Shown: positions 36,822-52,313 of the stretch, piece by piece
Layout: every line of letters starts with the position of its first letter
Position numbering within the stretch: position 1 is the first letter of the stretch
Assembly (NCBI GenBank): GCA_965112735.1
Contig: OZ218964.1
Span: forward strand, 558,001-622,000
Direction of reading: 5' to 3'
DNA from: Phaeosaccion multiseriatum
Taxonomy: Eukaryota > Protista > Ochrophyta, other classes
Length of the DNA stretch: 64,000 bases
The notes under the pieces: model-generated
Told to the model about the DNA's origin: nothing
Database searches by the model: none
The model's input: the letters and a program-made list of their open reading frames with translations, nothing else
Program-made: the position numbers and the translations under genes

Positions 36822-38412
36822 TTGGCCCCAACTCAAACCCTGGCCCTCACCCTCACTCCCATTTTCACCCTCACCCTCACCACCCTCACCCTCACCCTCA
36901 CCTTGCCCCTGACCCTGACCCTGGCCCTGTTGTTCCCTGCCGCAGGTGCAGCACATGCTGCTGGTGCTGGGCCCTCCCCCTGCCTCGGCCAAGGAGTGGG
37001 CATCCGTGTTCAGCACCGTGAGCTACGAAGTTGGCGACGACGTGTTCTCCCTCGCGGAGCTGGAGCACTGCGTGGTACGGCCCCGTGGATGACATGACAA
37101 CCGGGAGGGGTCAGGGAGGAGCTTGCTTGCCACAGTCAGTCAAATTGCGAAATGCGCTCCCCCTGCTCCTCCTGCTCCTCCTGCTCCTCCTCTTGCTGCT
37201 GTTGCTGCTGCTACTGACCCACCATGCTGTGCGCCTTGCCCATGCCTCGTCCTCGCCCCTCTCCTATATATATATATATATTATGTATCAGATCCGCGGC
37301 AAGCTGTCCCGTCCGCAGTACCCCCCTTCGAGCAGCAGCCAAAGGGCGTACGGCGGCCTCACCACCTCCAAGCGCGCCTTTCCCCCGCCCGCCCCCCCCT
37401 CGTCCTGTGCCCACTACCGTTACGCGCTGCTGTCGGAGGCGGTGGACACAAGGGTGAACTTCATCCTCTGCAGCGGCTCTCTGTCCGACCCTCCCTTCGT
37501 GTGTGCGCTCGAGAGTGACCGCCTGGAGGAGGGCATGAATCACGCGTGCGGCGCCTTCTGCGAGCACACCATTGAGGTGCGTACCTTAGCTTAGGCCTTA
37601 TCTGAAGGAAGGGAGGAAGGAAGACACCTCAAGAAAGGCAGAGCAGCAGAGTCGCCCGGCCTGGCCCTGTGCTCGGAGGGGTGAGAGCGCCTCGCTTGGT
37701 GTCTGACATGACCTCTCGCTCTCCCTCCCTCCCTCCCTCCCTCCCTCCCTCCCTCCCATCCACTGCCATCCCCGTCAACAGGTCGATGTGAAGCGGAAGC
37801 AGATCAAGTTCCACCCTAATCTGCAGATCTTCGCCGCGGACTTTGGCGTCCGAAATGACACGCTGAACGTGCTCCGGTGCGTATGCGTGTGTGTGTATGT
37901 GTGTGTGTGTGTGCGTGTGTTGTGTGTGTGTGTGGGTGTGTGTGTGAGTGTGTGAGTGTGTGTGTGTGTGTGCATGTGTGTGTGTTTGTGTACGTGTGTG
38001 TTTGGTGTGTGTGTGCGTGTGGGTGTGTGCGTGTGTGCATGCATCCGTCCTGCCAGGGGCTTCGACTCTTGTGAATACCGCCACTGATAGACCCCAGAGC
38101 GTGTGTCCGGTGCCCCTCTTCCTCTCTCATGCATCACACCCGTATGTACGCCTAACAACTGGCGACTCACTCCCCCCCCCCCCGCCTCCGCCCGTCTCCC
38201 CCTCCTTCCCGTGCAGTTACTGCCTCCGCTTCGTGGGCGAGCGGCTGCTGAACGACATCAGCGAGGTGATGGCCTTGGCGGACGACACGAGCGGCACCAG
38301 CAGCGGCACCAGCACCATCAAGTACAAGTACAGCCCCTTCGCCTTCAAGTGCCACAAAGGACTCGCACTCGCCGGGGCTCCAGGGGAGGAAGGAGGAGGA
38401 GGTGTGGCATAG
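28898..38412 (+). CDS. Large multidomain protein: N-terminal TM segments, DUF1769-like, PH-like and DUF547-like domains, ~19 exons
   Basis: DUF1769-type [13 protein letters not shown]...[14 protein letters not shown]...LFMGAE...MHYSFG...YTMSFHS. PH-type WREEWCFL...[30 protein letters not shown]547-type [10 protein letters not shown]...[20 protein letters not shown]...[12 protein letters not shown] junctions keep the frame to TAG at 38412. Confidence 0.75.
33273..34258. repeat. Intronic heptamer satellite (GGTGTCA/GGTATCA)n, about 140 units
   Basis: Continuous TCAGGTG/TCAGGTA array inside intron 33262-34390. Confidence 0.95.
34979..35021. repeat. 11-bp tandem repeat ACGGTATTGAC x4 at an intron donor
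   Basis: Three perfect copies and one degenerate copy, directly after AAG|GT. Confidence 0.85.
36707..36926. repeat. Intronic telomere-variant hexamer array (CCCTCA/CCCTGA/TCCTGA)n
   Basis: Long run of CCCTCA with CCCTGA and CCCTGG variants. Confidence 0.8.
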
Positions 38413-38929
38413 CTCCTCGCAGTCAGTCGCCTTGGGGACTGCGCGAGCACGACGTGCCCTGGACCTGCCTGCCTACTACCCCACCCCCTTTGCTACAGGA
38501 GGGGGAGGAGGAGGAGGAGGAGGAGGGGCTTTGTCCCGCTCAGGCATCAATCAGTCTTCACTTCCACGGCACTCCTCGACTGCTACAGGTCTATTCTTCA
38601 GTAGCATGCTACTGACTTTGGCAGATAACTGACCCGTTCTACCGTATCGCGCCGGTCGACGCCCGCAATAGTTAGCAGCAGTAGTAGGGACGGCATTTGT
38701 GCCGCAGCCAGTCCACGATAGACAAACGTGCTTTCGACGTATCGTGGGGGGTACGGTATCCACACTGATGCAATGGTATTGAGGTGGAGCACAACGCGCA
38801 GTGCAGTGAAGCAGCACTGAAGCAGCAGGCTACCCAGAGAGTCGACAGTCGACAGAGGGAGAATATACACGTACAAAAACAACATCGACCGCATTTTTTG
38901 TCACCATCAACAGCTTGGCTCTTCACTGT

Positions 38930-38985
38930 TCGACCCCTGACGTGCTATCGACCACATTCTCGATAGCATGCTATCTCGGCCGATA
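38930..38985. mobile_element. Truncated terminal relic of the 2279-2485 MITE family
   Basis: TCGACCCCTGACGTGCTATCGACCACATTCTCGATAGCATGCTATC aligns with the reverse complement of the right end of the intact copy (TCGACCCCTGACACACTATCGCCCACATTCTCGATAGCGCGCTATC). Confidence 0.75.
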
Positions 38986-39122
38986 CAATACAATCCCTCC
39001 CGAGAGGAGGTGGCTCTGGGCTGGGTGGAAGCATATAGAAATCCCAGGGGGGTCCCCCCCGGGGCGGTGTTCCCCACTGCCGCTGATTTCAGGCAAAGAG
39101 GAGCTCCTGCGTTGCGGACAAG

Positions 39123-42387
<3,265 letters not shown>

Positions 42388-43374
42388 ACAGGAAGGAAGG
42401 CATGCCACTTCCAATCTCGATTCTCAAAATAGCATGGCGTTATACTGGAAGGTCCGGACATATATATTTACGAGGGATGGGGTAGAGGGGGCTTGGAGGA
42501 GGAGGAGGAGGAGGAGGAGGAGAGAGCTCAAGGGCCGAGGCGGGGCTCTGCAGTTGGCAGCGAAGTTGGCGCTGAGGGCAAAACCGCACAAGAGGAGTTA
42601 TCAGGCTCCTCGGCTTTGGCAGCGGCGCGGGGGGGGGGGCATTTCGGTGTCTCTCGCTGTCGATTCCATGTCAGAGTCAAGCAGGGGCGGGGGGGGTGAG
42701 GGCTTTTCCCGTTGACGGTGGGACCGGTATAGGGTGGGAGGGAGGCATGCTTTCCTTCATGCTTTCCTTCCTATACCTCTGTCCGTCCCATCGTCAGCGT
42801 CACCCAACGTCCTTTAGGTGTGCGTGCTTTCATTTCCGACGTGAGCTGTGGGCAGCTGCGGCTGAAGAGAACTTCAGCGGAAGAGAGAGAGAGAGAGGGG
42901 GGGGGGGGGAAGCGGAGGAAGTGGAGGAAGTAAAGGAGAGGGGTGAGGGGATAGAGCGAAAGGGAGAGGTGCTGGGCCGGCCAACAAGTCATGCTGGCTT
43001 TCGAGAAGGGGGAGGGAGGAAGGGAGCTAAAATGATCAGGAAACAATGCGAGAAACGCAGCTCTTTTATCACTTGCACAAAACGGCTGTATTAGCCTTTT
43101 CTCTCCTCCCCTCCTTTCACTCATTCAATGCTGCATTACTAACCTTAACCGCTCACTCACTCGCCCTCTCACTCCTTCAATACTTCCAACTTACTGCTGC
43201 TCACTCACTCATTCACTTACGACATTAAATGGCCAAGACCATCCAAAAAGCCCCAAAAATCTCAACTCTACAAGTATCCACAAAAAGTATGTACGCGTAG
43301 GTAAAAAAGCCCGCCCCTACCCTTCTTCTCTTTCCACATCCAACCACACCACACCCACACCTTCCCTTCCCTCC

Positions 43375-45002
43375 TCACACAAAGGTGCCCTGCGGGTCTG
43401 AGTGGTGTGCCATCGTCGCTCTGTATTGCCGCCTCTTGTACGTTTTGAAACCCACCACCCCAAGCACCGCGGCGGCGAGGATGCATGCTCCTGCCGTCAA
43501 GCCGGCCCCGACTCCCCTCCCCCCGCCGCCCCCCCCGCCCCCCCCGCCCGCCGCTTCCCCCCCCCCCGCCCTCGTCACAGGGGCGTCTCCTCCCATGGGC
43601 GCCCCGTTGAGCCTGAGCAAAAAGCCCACGGGCGCCAAGCCGCCCTGGGGGTCCTGGCTCCAGGCCCAGTTCTCAGAGCTGCTGGACGTCTGTGCCGTGC
43701 CAAAGGCACCCGCAGAGCCGCCCGTGAGGAAGACGCTGTTCTCGTCGAGTACAGACACGGCGGTGAGCTTCTCGTCGTAGCTGGTGCCGTCCTGCCACCT
43801 AAACAGCTCCTCTCCGGTGTGCGCGTCCAGCCCGATGGCGAGGAAGTCATTCCCGCCGTGGTTGATGCGCGAGTAGGCCCCGTTGGTGGAGCCCACGAGC
43901 ACCACAGTGTTGTCGTTGAGCCTGGCAATATCATGAATGTTGTCGTTGCCGTGGCTGCCCCCCTGCCACTTCCAAAGCTCCTCGAGGTTTGCGTTGAGCG
44001 CCACCGCAATCACGTCTTCGCCTCCCGCGTTTTTGCCCGCAAAATCTCCATCGGTGTGCCCCGCAAAGACGGCCGTGTCCCCCACCTGCACGCCCGCCCG
44101 CAGCGCGCCCACCGTGCCGGCCGCGGACTTGCTCCGCCAGCTGTTGGTCTCCTGATCTTCGTCTAAGCGGGGGTCCAGGCTCAATACGTACAAGTCGGCG
44201 GTGCTGTCCCGCATGCTCATGCCGGCAAGGAGCACGGTCCCGTCGTCAACCGCCACCGACGTGAAGGGCACGTCAATGACGCCCTCCGTGTCGCTGGGCT
44301 GGGTGTTGAAGCTCCACTTCTCCTCGCCCGAGTCTACGTCGATACCAACCGCTCTGAACTGCACCGTCTGGTAGTTGGCGGTGGTGGACATGCCCGATAG
44401 TACCAAGGTCTCGCCGTCGCTGGTGAGCACGGAAGACAGAGAAGATTCCTCCACGAGCACATCATCCTCAAACTTCCAAATCTCGTCCTTCACCTCCGTG
44501 GGGTCAATGGCTACGGCCACGAAGCGCGTGTTCCTGGTTGGCGCCGATGGGTCCTCCACGTCCCCCGAGGTGGTGCCGCTGAACACCACCTTGTTGTCGC
44601 TCACCGCCACCACGGCTGCCAGAAAGTCCTCTCCCCGCGTCCCTGCGAGCTGCCAGCGCCAAAGCTCCTCTCCGTTATCTGGGTCCAGGGCGCAGGCGGC
44701 AAAGTCGTTGCCCTTGGCGTTGTAATCGGGGTCGAAGCTTCCTGCGGGTGGTGGGAGGGGGTAAGACGGACGAGTTAGTGGCACGGAAAGGGCACATGCC
44801 TGGGACAGGAGGGCCAAAGTAGAGTCCAATTCAACATTCAAACCTCCCCTCTCCACACCTTCATCTCCCTCTCCTTACCTTCCGTGGCCCCCACCATGAT
44901 GACTCCAGAGTCCACATGGATGGAGTCTTTGAACTCGGTGCCTGGGCGGATCTGCCACGACCACTCAATGGTAGTATCGTCCTCAGACAAGTCGGAAGCC
45001 AT
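43375..45002 (-). CDS. Single-pass membrane beta-propeller protein (PQQ/SBBP-like repeats), 5' end uncertain
   Basis: Repeats of the form D...GEELWRWQ.G....D.....V....VV..G.T.G (e.g. GEELWRWQLAG, EELWKWQGG, GEELFRWQDGT). C-terminal TM segment GACILAAAVLGVVGF followed by a basic tail. One 1.37-kb exon plus an upstream exon. Confidence 0.75.
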
Positions 45003-45426
45003 GCTCGTTGGTTGCTCACCGCTCACAAGGGGGCTTGTCTCTCACAAAGCGGCTTGTCTGTGGGAAGGGAGGGACGGGGGCGGGAGCGAGAGCAGACTGA
45101 GATGGAGCTGGACGTGTCCCCATTCCCTTTGACGTGTCCCCATTCCCTTTGGACTCCCCAGCCCTCTCTTTCCTTTGTCCTTTCTGTTCCGATGGGATCT
45201 CCAATCCCAAGCCACCATTTGAGCCAACAACGACGCTTAGGCATTCCCAGGACCTTCCCCTCACTCCTCTGTACCTGATGATGGGGATGGGAGGGGATTA
45301 CGCGCGTATATGATGTGATCGGATGTGTTGTCCCCTGAAGAAGAAAATTGTAAAAAAGTAAGCTTACGTAAGATCCTTACGAATGAGAGAACCGCTTTAG
45401 CATCCCTCTCACCATAGCTGCGGGAT

Positions 45427-45771
45427 CGCTATTGACCCTTCGGGCCCAACAGCGCGCTATTGGCACGTATCAATAGCTGATAGCGTGTCGGCTGGCGCCG
45501 GCCATAGCTGGTCCATATTGCGCCGGCTGACGCCGGGCGGCAAAACAGTAGCTCTAGCTGGGAGGAGGGGATGAGAGCAGAGGAGCAGAGGCCCAATAGG
45601 TCAGAGGCGCGGTAGCTGAATCACGTCTGGTGTTGTTAGAGGCGCAATAGCTGAGGCGGGGGGGTCAGGGGGGGGGGAATAGCTGATAACGTGCCGGATA
45701 TATATGATATCGAATGATAGCTGGTACGGCCAAAAGCTCACAGCGTGGCTGAATAGCGCATCAGGGGTCGA
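45427..45771. mobile_element. Degenerate, inverted member of the 2279-2485 MITE family
   Basis: Contains the reverse-complement internal unit ATAGCTGATAGCGTGTCGGCTGGCGCCGGCCATAGC and ends in the TIR-like ATAGCGCATCAGGGGTCGA (to 45771). Confidence 0.6.
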
Positions 45772-45879
45772 ATCCAGTGATGATGATGAGTACGGTGGCG
45801 GACGAGGGATACCCAGCTGAGCTCTATGGATCCACGCACAATTGAATCCAAAAGAAAATCGACCCAGGCCCACCAAAAG

Positions 45880-46622
45880 ATAGAGTTGGCCGTGCCGGGC
45901 CTGACCAGCAGACGACAACTTGTGCCAGCGGTGTCTGACACGCACAGCAAAAGCCTTCTCGTAGAGCACCGGCCCTCGTCGCCCTCGCCACTCACGAAAG
46001 CTCCCGTCTGAGCCGTGCTCAAGGCAGAAGACATTTGCACCAAAGCAAGGTCTTGCCGCTGCCCGCCGTCGGATTCGTCCCTCCCGCTGTTGTTGTGCCG
46101 TGCGGCAGCTGAACTCCAGACGACCACACGTGTGCCAGCGGTGTCTGACACGCACAGTGAAAAGCCTGTCCGTAGAGCAGAGGCGCTCGTCGCCCTCGAT
46201 GCTCACGTCACCTCCCGTCAGAGCCGCGTAGTCAAGGCAACATACAACTGCACCGGACCGCCGGACCAGCTGTCTGCTGTTACCCACGTCATCTAGCATG
46301 TATCTGCTACTGCCGTGCCTTCCTGTGGTCGCACCGCTGCCACCGATGAGCACGATACCGCTGCTGCAGGAGTTGACCGTGCGGGAGCTGAGCTTCAGAC
46401 AGCCGCTCGTGCCTACAGTGGCAGTGTTCAGAGGACGCACAGTCAAAATAGACGCGCGAGGCCCTCGATGTCACGACACTTCCCGTCTGAGCCGCACTCA
46501 CGCCAGAACAAATCTGCGCCAGACCACTAGACCCTCGCCCTCCCGTGCCGCACTGCTGTTGCCGGAGTTGGCCGTGCCGGAGCCGACCACCAGACGACCA
46601 CTCGTGCCTGCCGTGTCAGCGC
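45880..46622 (-). pseudogene. Decayed fragment of a G/S/T-rich YapH/adhesin-like repeat protein
   Basis: About 210-bp degenerate repeats (TGTGCCAGCGGTGTCTGACACGCACAG at 45921 and 46131). Translations such as TAGTSGRLVVGSGTANSGNS, GTSGCLKLSSRTVNSCSSGIVLIGGSGATTGR and TGGDVSIEG fall in shifting frames. Confidence 0.55.
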
Positions 46623-47136
46623 TCAGTGCTTTTGCTGCGGGGGCGTTGACTGCCTCAGGTAGCTCTCCTGAAGCTTCCTCTGACCGAGGAGGAAGGGCTC
46701 ACAGTTGGGGCAGGGCACTTGCAAAACACACTTGGAACACCCCCCGCAATGCCACCAATCACTGCTGCGACAGACTTTACACTGGCGGCAGTGCCAGTGC
46801 TCGGGGTAGTGGAGCACCCGGAGTTGTTTGCGGGTCCCAGCGAGTTCTTTAGAGCAGAAGGACAGATAGAGCCCCAGCTTGCACTCAACCTGGAGGCAAG
46901 CGCGGACAAGATCCTCGTCTGCCCAGGCAGTTGCATCGGGCCCCTGCTCCTCCCCCGCCCTCCTCCTGGCCATTTTCGCGGTAAAAGTGGGGTCCCCCCG
47001 AATGAATGCAGCAAGGTCAGCGACCGAAGGGAAGGTCGAGGGAGAGAGGGGAAATGGGGGCTTGATCCTGCGGCAGAGAGAGAGGCAGAGACAGAGGCAG
47101 TGGAGGCTACACGTTGGCTTAATTCTCTGCCCGTCG

Positions 47137-47176
<40 letters not shown>

Positions 47177-47948
47177 CACACACACATACACACACACGCA
47201 CACACATACACACACACACATACACACATACACACATACACACACACATCCATATAGGGTTGCCAAACCTGTTGCGTGTGAAGTCGCGAACAAAGCTTTC
47301 GAAGCAAGCCAAACCTTGCTGCGCCCTATTGCTCCACTCCAGCCCCTGGGAGCCGTGGCCAAGGCCAAAGCGATTGAGGATCTGAGGGAAGGACCAGGAA
47401 AGAGGAAAGAGGAATCAGCCAGAGCTGCAAATGCCACTATATGTAGCAATTGCCATCCCTTACCTCTTCAGTTTTCTTGGATCTCCCTTGATTCTGATAG
47501 GGCAGAGACGCTTGGGCTGTCCTGTCGTTCACAATGCTCTCTACTAGACCCAAGTCGTCCCAGTCCACCGTTGGTATGTGGGGTGGGGGGTCTGCGGCAG
47601 TAGCAGCAGCCCAGGGGGGGGGGCTGGAGCAATAATGCTGCTACTGCCACCACTGCTGATGTTTGCGGGGTCGAGCTCAGCTTCCTGCGTCCCATGGTCT
47701 CCCTCCCCGTCTCCGTTTTCCTTCGCGGGCAGCTCAACGACATACTTACTGACATCCCCTTCGTACTCGGACTCGTCTGTCTCCTCCTCTCCCTCCTCCT
47801 GGACCGCCACTCCCAAGCTCTCGTGCAAACCGAGGTGCCCCATAAACTCGTTCCCGTTCATTCTGGCCCAGCCACTGCCGAAGTGAGACAAGGCCTGCTG
47901 CCCCCAAACGTCTCCCAAGGAGGGGCCTCGACACTCTGCGCCTTCCAT
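46623..47948 (-). CDS. Small protein with C-terminal His/Cys-rich zinc-binding domain, 4 exons
   Basis: Exons 47948-47750, 47591-47464, 47381-47269 and 47067-46623 join in phase via GT-AG introns. C-terminus: C...C..GLYLSFC...WHCRQCKVC...[10 protein letters not shown]...PCPNC. Confidence 0.65.
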
Positions 47949-48295
47949 CGCTGCTCAGCAAAATCATGGGGGGGGGGAGCTTTGCATGTTGTTCTTCGAA
48001 TCACAAATGCCGGCATCGTTGCCTCCTAACAAACTGAAACTCCTGTTCTTTACGTAAGGGCCATGTGGGTTTTACATAAGGGTGCCTTGCTAGATAAGTT
48101 TAGGTATGGGGAGTGCAACAAGACCCTCCGAATCTTCATCTTTGGTAACATTAGTGGCACCGCACTACGCCTATCCTATCACCTTTCTCTCGGTGTGACC
48201 TCTCTTACAATCAGGTGTGAGTTTGTTTGTTTTTTACTCCACACAAAGACTACGATCAGGAGATGTGTGTGTATTTAGACGTGCGGCCCGGGGGG

Positions 48296-48419
48296 TCATG
48301 CATGTCCTGCACACAGCGACGCGAAGGTATCCAGCACCTTTGCACCAAGTCGAGGAACAGAGGGCGTGGGAGGGGGTCGTGGGGCAAAGGTCAGCGGTCG
48401 GGGTCAGAGATCAGTCGGC

Positions 48420-48455
<36 letters not shown>

Positions 48456-48516
48456 GGAGCAAGAGAGAGCGAGAGAGAGCGAGAGAGACAGACGGACAGA
48501 GACAGAGATGGAGAGG

Positions 48517-48550
<34 letters not shown>

Positions 48551-49956
48551 CAGACGGACAGAGACAGAGATGGAGAGGGAGAGAGAGAGAGAGAGAGAGA
48601 GAGTCCCCCCGTGCTGCCCCCAACTGACCTGTGAGAGGTCCCCCGTCCTTCTGAAGGCATGCACGGCGCGGGATAGCTCGGGCTCTTCTGCGCGGAGGAT
48701 GAGCCCTTTCAACAGCGCCGCCTGCCCACCCTTCAGCAGCCCCTCTGCAGAGAGCTGCGCCACCAGCGTGAGGCCAATGGCGTAGAAGGCCCTCTCCTCT
48801 AGGGCACGTGCCCTGGGGCTCTGCTCGCCTTTGAACCACTTGGCGGAGTTCATCTCCTCCTGCGACGGCCGCCTCAACAGCTTCTCCTTGAGCAGGCTCC
48901 TCCGCATGTTTCTCTCCAGCTGCAGCGTGGTGCCCTGCAGCGCTGGAGCCACTCGAGACGCTGGACAAACACAGGGGCAAAGGGGCGAGCAGGACAGACA
49001 AGCCTCTGGGTGAATAGTGTCTGGCACACAAGCGGCACGACAGTAGAAAGAAAATGCGGCCTCACTCACATGCGACCCCTCCCGGTGGTTGCAGAGGCAG
49101 CTTCTCCTTGAGCGAGTCCCTGGCCCGTGCCCACTCAAGATGCCTGGCGGTGGCGCGGAGGCGGCCGGCCAGCGACAATCCCCCTCGGAGGAGGCCCTTC
49201 TGCTGCAGATCCGCCGGAGATGGCCTCCCCTCCAAACTGTGCTTCACTGACGCCCGCAGGAGCTCCTGCTGCAGGGACTGTTGGCGGGAGTGTAGGCTGG
49301 CTGCGAGGGGCGCGGCTGGGGCAGAGGAGAGGAGAGAAGCGGGGGGGGGACAAGGGCAGTTGAGTGACAGCAGCCATTATGCATTATCCAGTCCCAACAA
49401 CAAGCCGTGGGAAGCTGCACTGACCCGTTTTTCTCAAGATGCCCGCCTGCACAAGGCTTTCCTCCGACGGCTGCCGCTGGAGGCCCTCCTTCAGGCGGTC
49501 CCCTGCCATCCGGTGCTCCAGCTGCGCTGCGCGCTGGGCCATCAATTGCTTCTTAACGTGGCGCTCTCCATCCCCACTCTCCTCGTCATGCCGCTCCTGA
49601 TGCTCCCCCTCCTCCTCCCCCTCCTCCTTCTCCTCCTCCCGCGCCCCCTCCTCCTCTTCGTCCTGCCCCCCCCCCTGCTCCTGCCGCAGCTCCTGATGCG
49701 ACTGCCCCTCTCCTTCCTCCTCCTCCGCCCCCCCCTCCTCCTTCTCCTCCTCTTCCTCTTCGTCCTGAGCATGCCTTGGAACGCCTTCCATCCCGGTTCC
49801 TTGCTCTTCGCTGCCTACCATGGATTGTACTGAAACAAAGCCCTCCTCTAAAGATTCTTGCGGTGGACCCTTTCCTCCTCCCTCATCGGTAGCAGCAGGA
49901 GTAGGCGGGGGGGACTTTGACACTCCACCCTTCTTATGCCTTCTTCTCCTCCCCAT
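48296..49956 (-). CDS. RPEL-repeat (G-actin-binding motif) protein, 4 exons
   Basis: RPEL-like repeats RLKEGLQRQPSEESLVQAGIL, VKHSLEGRPSPADLQQKGLL and LLKEKLLRRPSQEEM, separated by LA..L......LE linkers. In-phase GT-AG introns. Confidence 0.7.
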
Positions 49957-50475
49957 CTCCCTCTCTCTTTCTACTCCAGCGGCCTGTTCTTCGGATTGCG
50001 AGCCAATCAAGGCGTCAGCTGCCGAAGGTGTAGCACCCGCAGGAGACAAAGACGCGGTGGAGAAAAAGAGAGAGGGAAAGAGAGAGTTGAGGGTGCAGGG
50101 GGGCCGTTGGCCTGTGAATTCATGGAGCACCAACGTGGCACGTGCTACACTGTAAAACCGTAAAACCTCAAATATAATTAAGTCAATAAATTTCTTTATT
50201 TTTCTTCTTTTCTTTACACAGACAGAGCACTTACTACATACACACAATATATTCACATTCATACACAGAGCGTTTCAATTCTCGCTCTGGACAAAACTTC
50301 AATTCCAGCTCCGGCGCGCCTTGCAGCCACCTCCCCTCACACAGCTTCACAGCTTCGCAGGTCCAGAGTACTCTCTCTCTCTCTCTCTCTCTCTTGGGTG
50401 TGAGTCCCTCCCTCCCTCCCTCCCTCCCTCCCTCATTTATGTGCCGCACCCGACGGCAACAATGTCTCCCGCTAC

Positions 50476-50534
50476 TCACGCGGGCGGGCGGGGCGGGTCC
50501 TGTCCTTGCTGCAGGGCCAGCTGAGGCTGCGTGG

Positions 50535-50565
<31 letters not shown>

Positions 50566-52282
50566 AAGCAAAATGTCCCTGAGCTTGGCGAATGTGCCCA
50601 TGTAGCCTTGCAGCGCGCTGCGCTCCACATCAGACAGAGAGCAGCTTCCACTCCCCCCGGCGTTGCTCTTGCCCTCCTCTCCTCCAGCGTCTGACAGGCC
50701 TGTCGCCCCGGCCGCCGTTGCTTCTCCTTGGTGGCTGGGCCCTCCTCCCCATGCCCCGCCCCCCCCCGCGCTGCTGGCGCTGCCGTCATCGAGCAGCAGC
50801 GTCTCCACGAGCAGCATGGCCTTCTCCGCCATGGCCAGGCCCTGTTCCCACTGCCCCAGCACCTCACTGGCCGCGGCACGCTGCGCAAGCTTCATGGCCG
50901 TACCCAACACGAGCTGCTCAGCGGACAGGGGCGCCACAGACAAGGGCACCGAGCCACAACTAGTGGCACTCTTGCCGCCACTGCTGCTCCCACTCCCGGT
51001 GCCACTCCCGCTGCCGCTCCCGCCCCCCCCGTGTGCAACTCCCTCATGCCCCTTCCCGCTCACTTGCTCCTTGAGGCGGCCATTGCACTGGTCCGCGCGG
51101 TCAAGAATGGCACTGCACTGCAGCACAAGCCACTGCAGCAGCGAGTCGCTCCACGCCTTGACCTGTCTCTCCACGGGATGGTGCGGCGCTGGGTGGGAAG
51201 GTGACGGAGACCCCTCCAAGGGGTGGCGGGAAGGGGAAGGAGAAGACGGTGGCAGCTGCTGCTCGCCACCCACACCTCCCGCAGCGGAAACAGGAGCAGG
51301 GGCGGCACCGTAGGACGGGGAGGAGGAGGGAGACCGCGAAGAGGTGCCAAGTGCACTCCCCACAGCCTGCGTGACCTGCTTACACCACACGACGGCCTTG
51401 CGCACGAGGCTCAGCGCCTTGAGGTACAGCACGAGGGCCTCTCCGAACAGGCGCACGCTGCCGCGGCTCAGCTCCGCAGGCGACGCTTCCAGGGCGAGGG
51501 CAAAGGATCGCACCAAGTCGTGCTTGCCCAAGCCGTCCTTGCCCCCTCTCGCGCTCCTCGGTGCCCCCCTCATCGCCGTAGCGGCAGCTGCGGAAGCTTT
51601 GGCGGCCGCCGACGTCCTCCCACCATTATTGGCGGGCGCCGACCCCTGTCCCTCCTGCGTCAGCCCTCCGTCTCCGGACATGGAAGTGCTCTCCTGCGGA
51701 CTCTCGGAGGTGAAGCACCCTACACAGCAGCTCTCTTCCCCCCCTCCTTCGCTCAGGCTGTCCTCCCGGGTCTTGTGCCCCCCCCCTGGCCATCGTGCCG
51801 CCCCTCTGGGGTCCCAGTCGGAGTCTCCCTCCTTCTCCTCCTCCTCCTCCCCTCCCCTCTGCATCGCCCCAGGGCCGCCCACAGAGACGCCTACGCGCAG
51901 GTCCAGCACGAGCTCCAGACAAGCCTCGGCACTCTCCGCCCCCGCCCCTGGCCCTCTCGAGGAGTAGGACGATGAGTCGGAGTCTCCCTCCCCCACTCCG
52001 TCCGTGGCTGCTCTGGCCTTGGTCACGGCAGCGTGTCCGGCGAGATAACTACTGTGAAGCGCACGCAACGCCTCCATGACTTTGGAGTCTCCGAGCTGTG
52101 CGAGCATGACTCCTCTGCGGCCAAACACCTCAACCACCTGCAGGTAGCGCACAGCATGCTCTACGTACGCCGTCAGCTGCTGCGGCTGCGGCTGCGGCTG
52201 CTGATGGGAAGAGTTCGACCCCTGCTGCGATTGCGAGGGGGGCGCGTGAGGACGCTCGTCATGCCGCTGCAGAGGGCGCTGC

Positions 52283-52313
<31 letters not shown>

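Noticed and set aside
36707-36926. True telomere or chromosome-fusion site
   Set aside because: The units are variant (CCCTCA), single-orientation and inside an ordinary intron.
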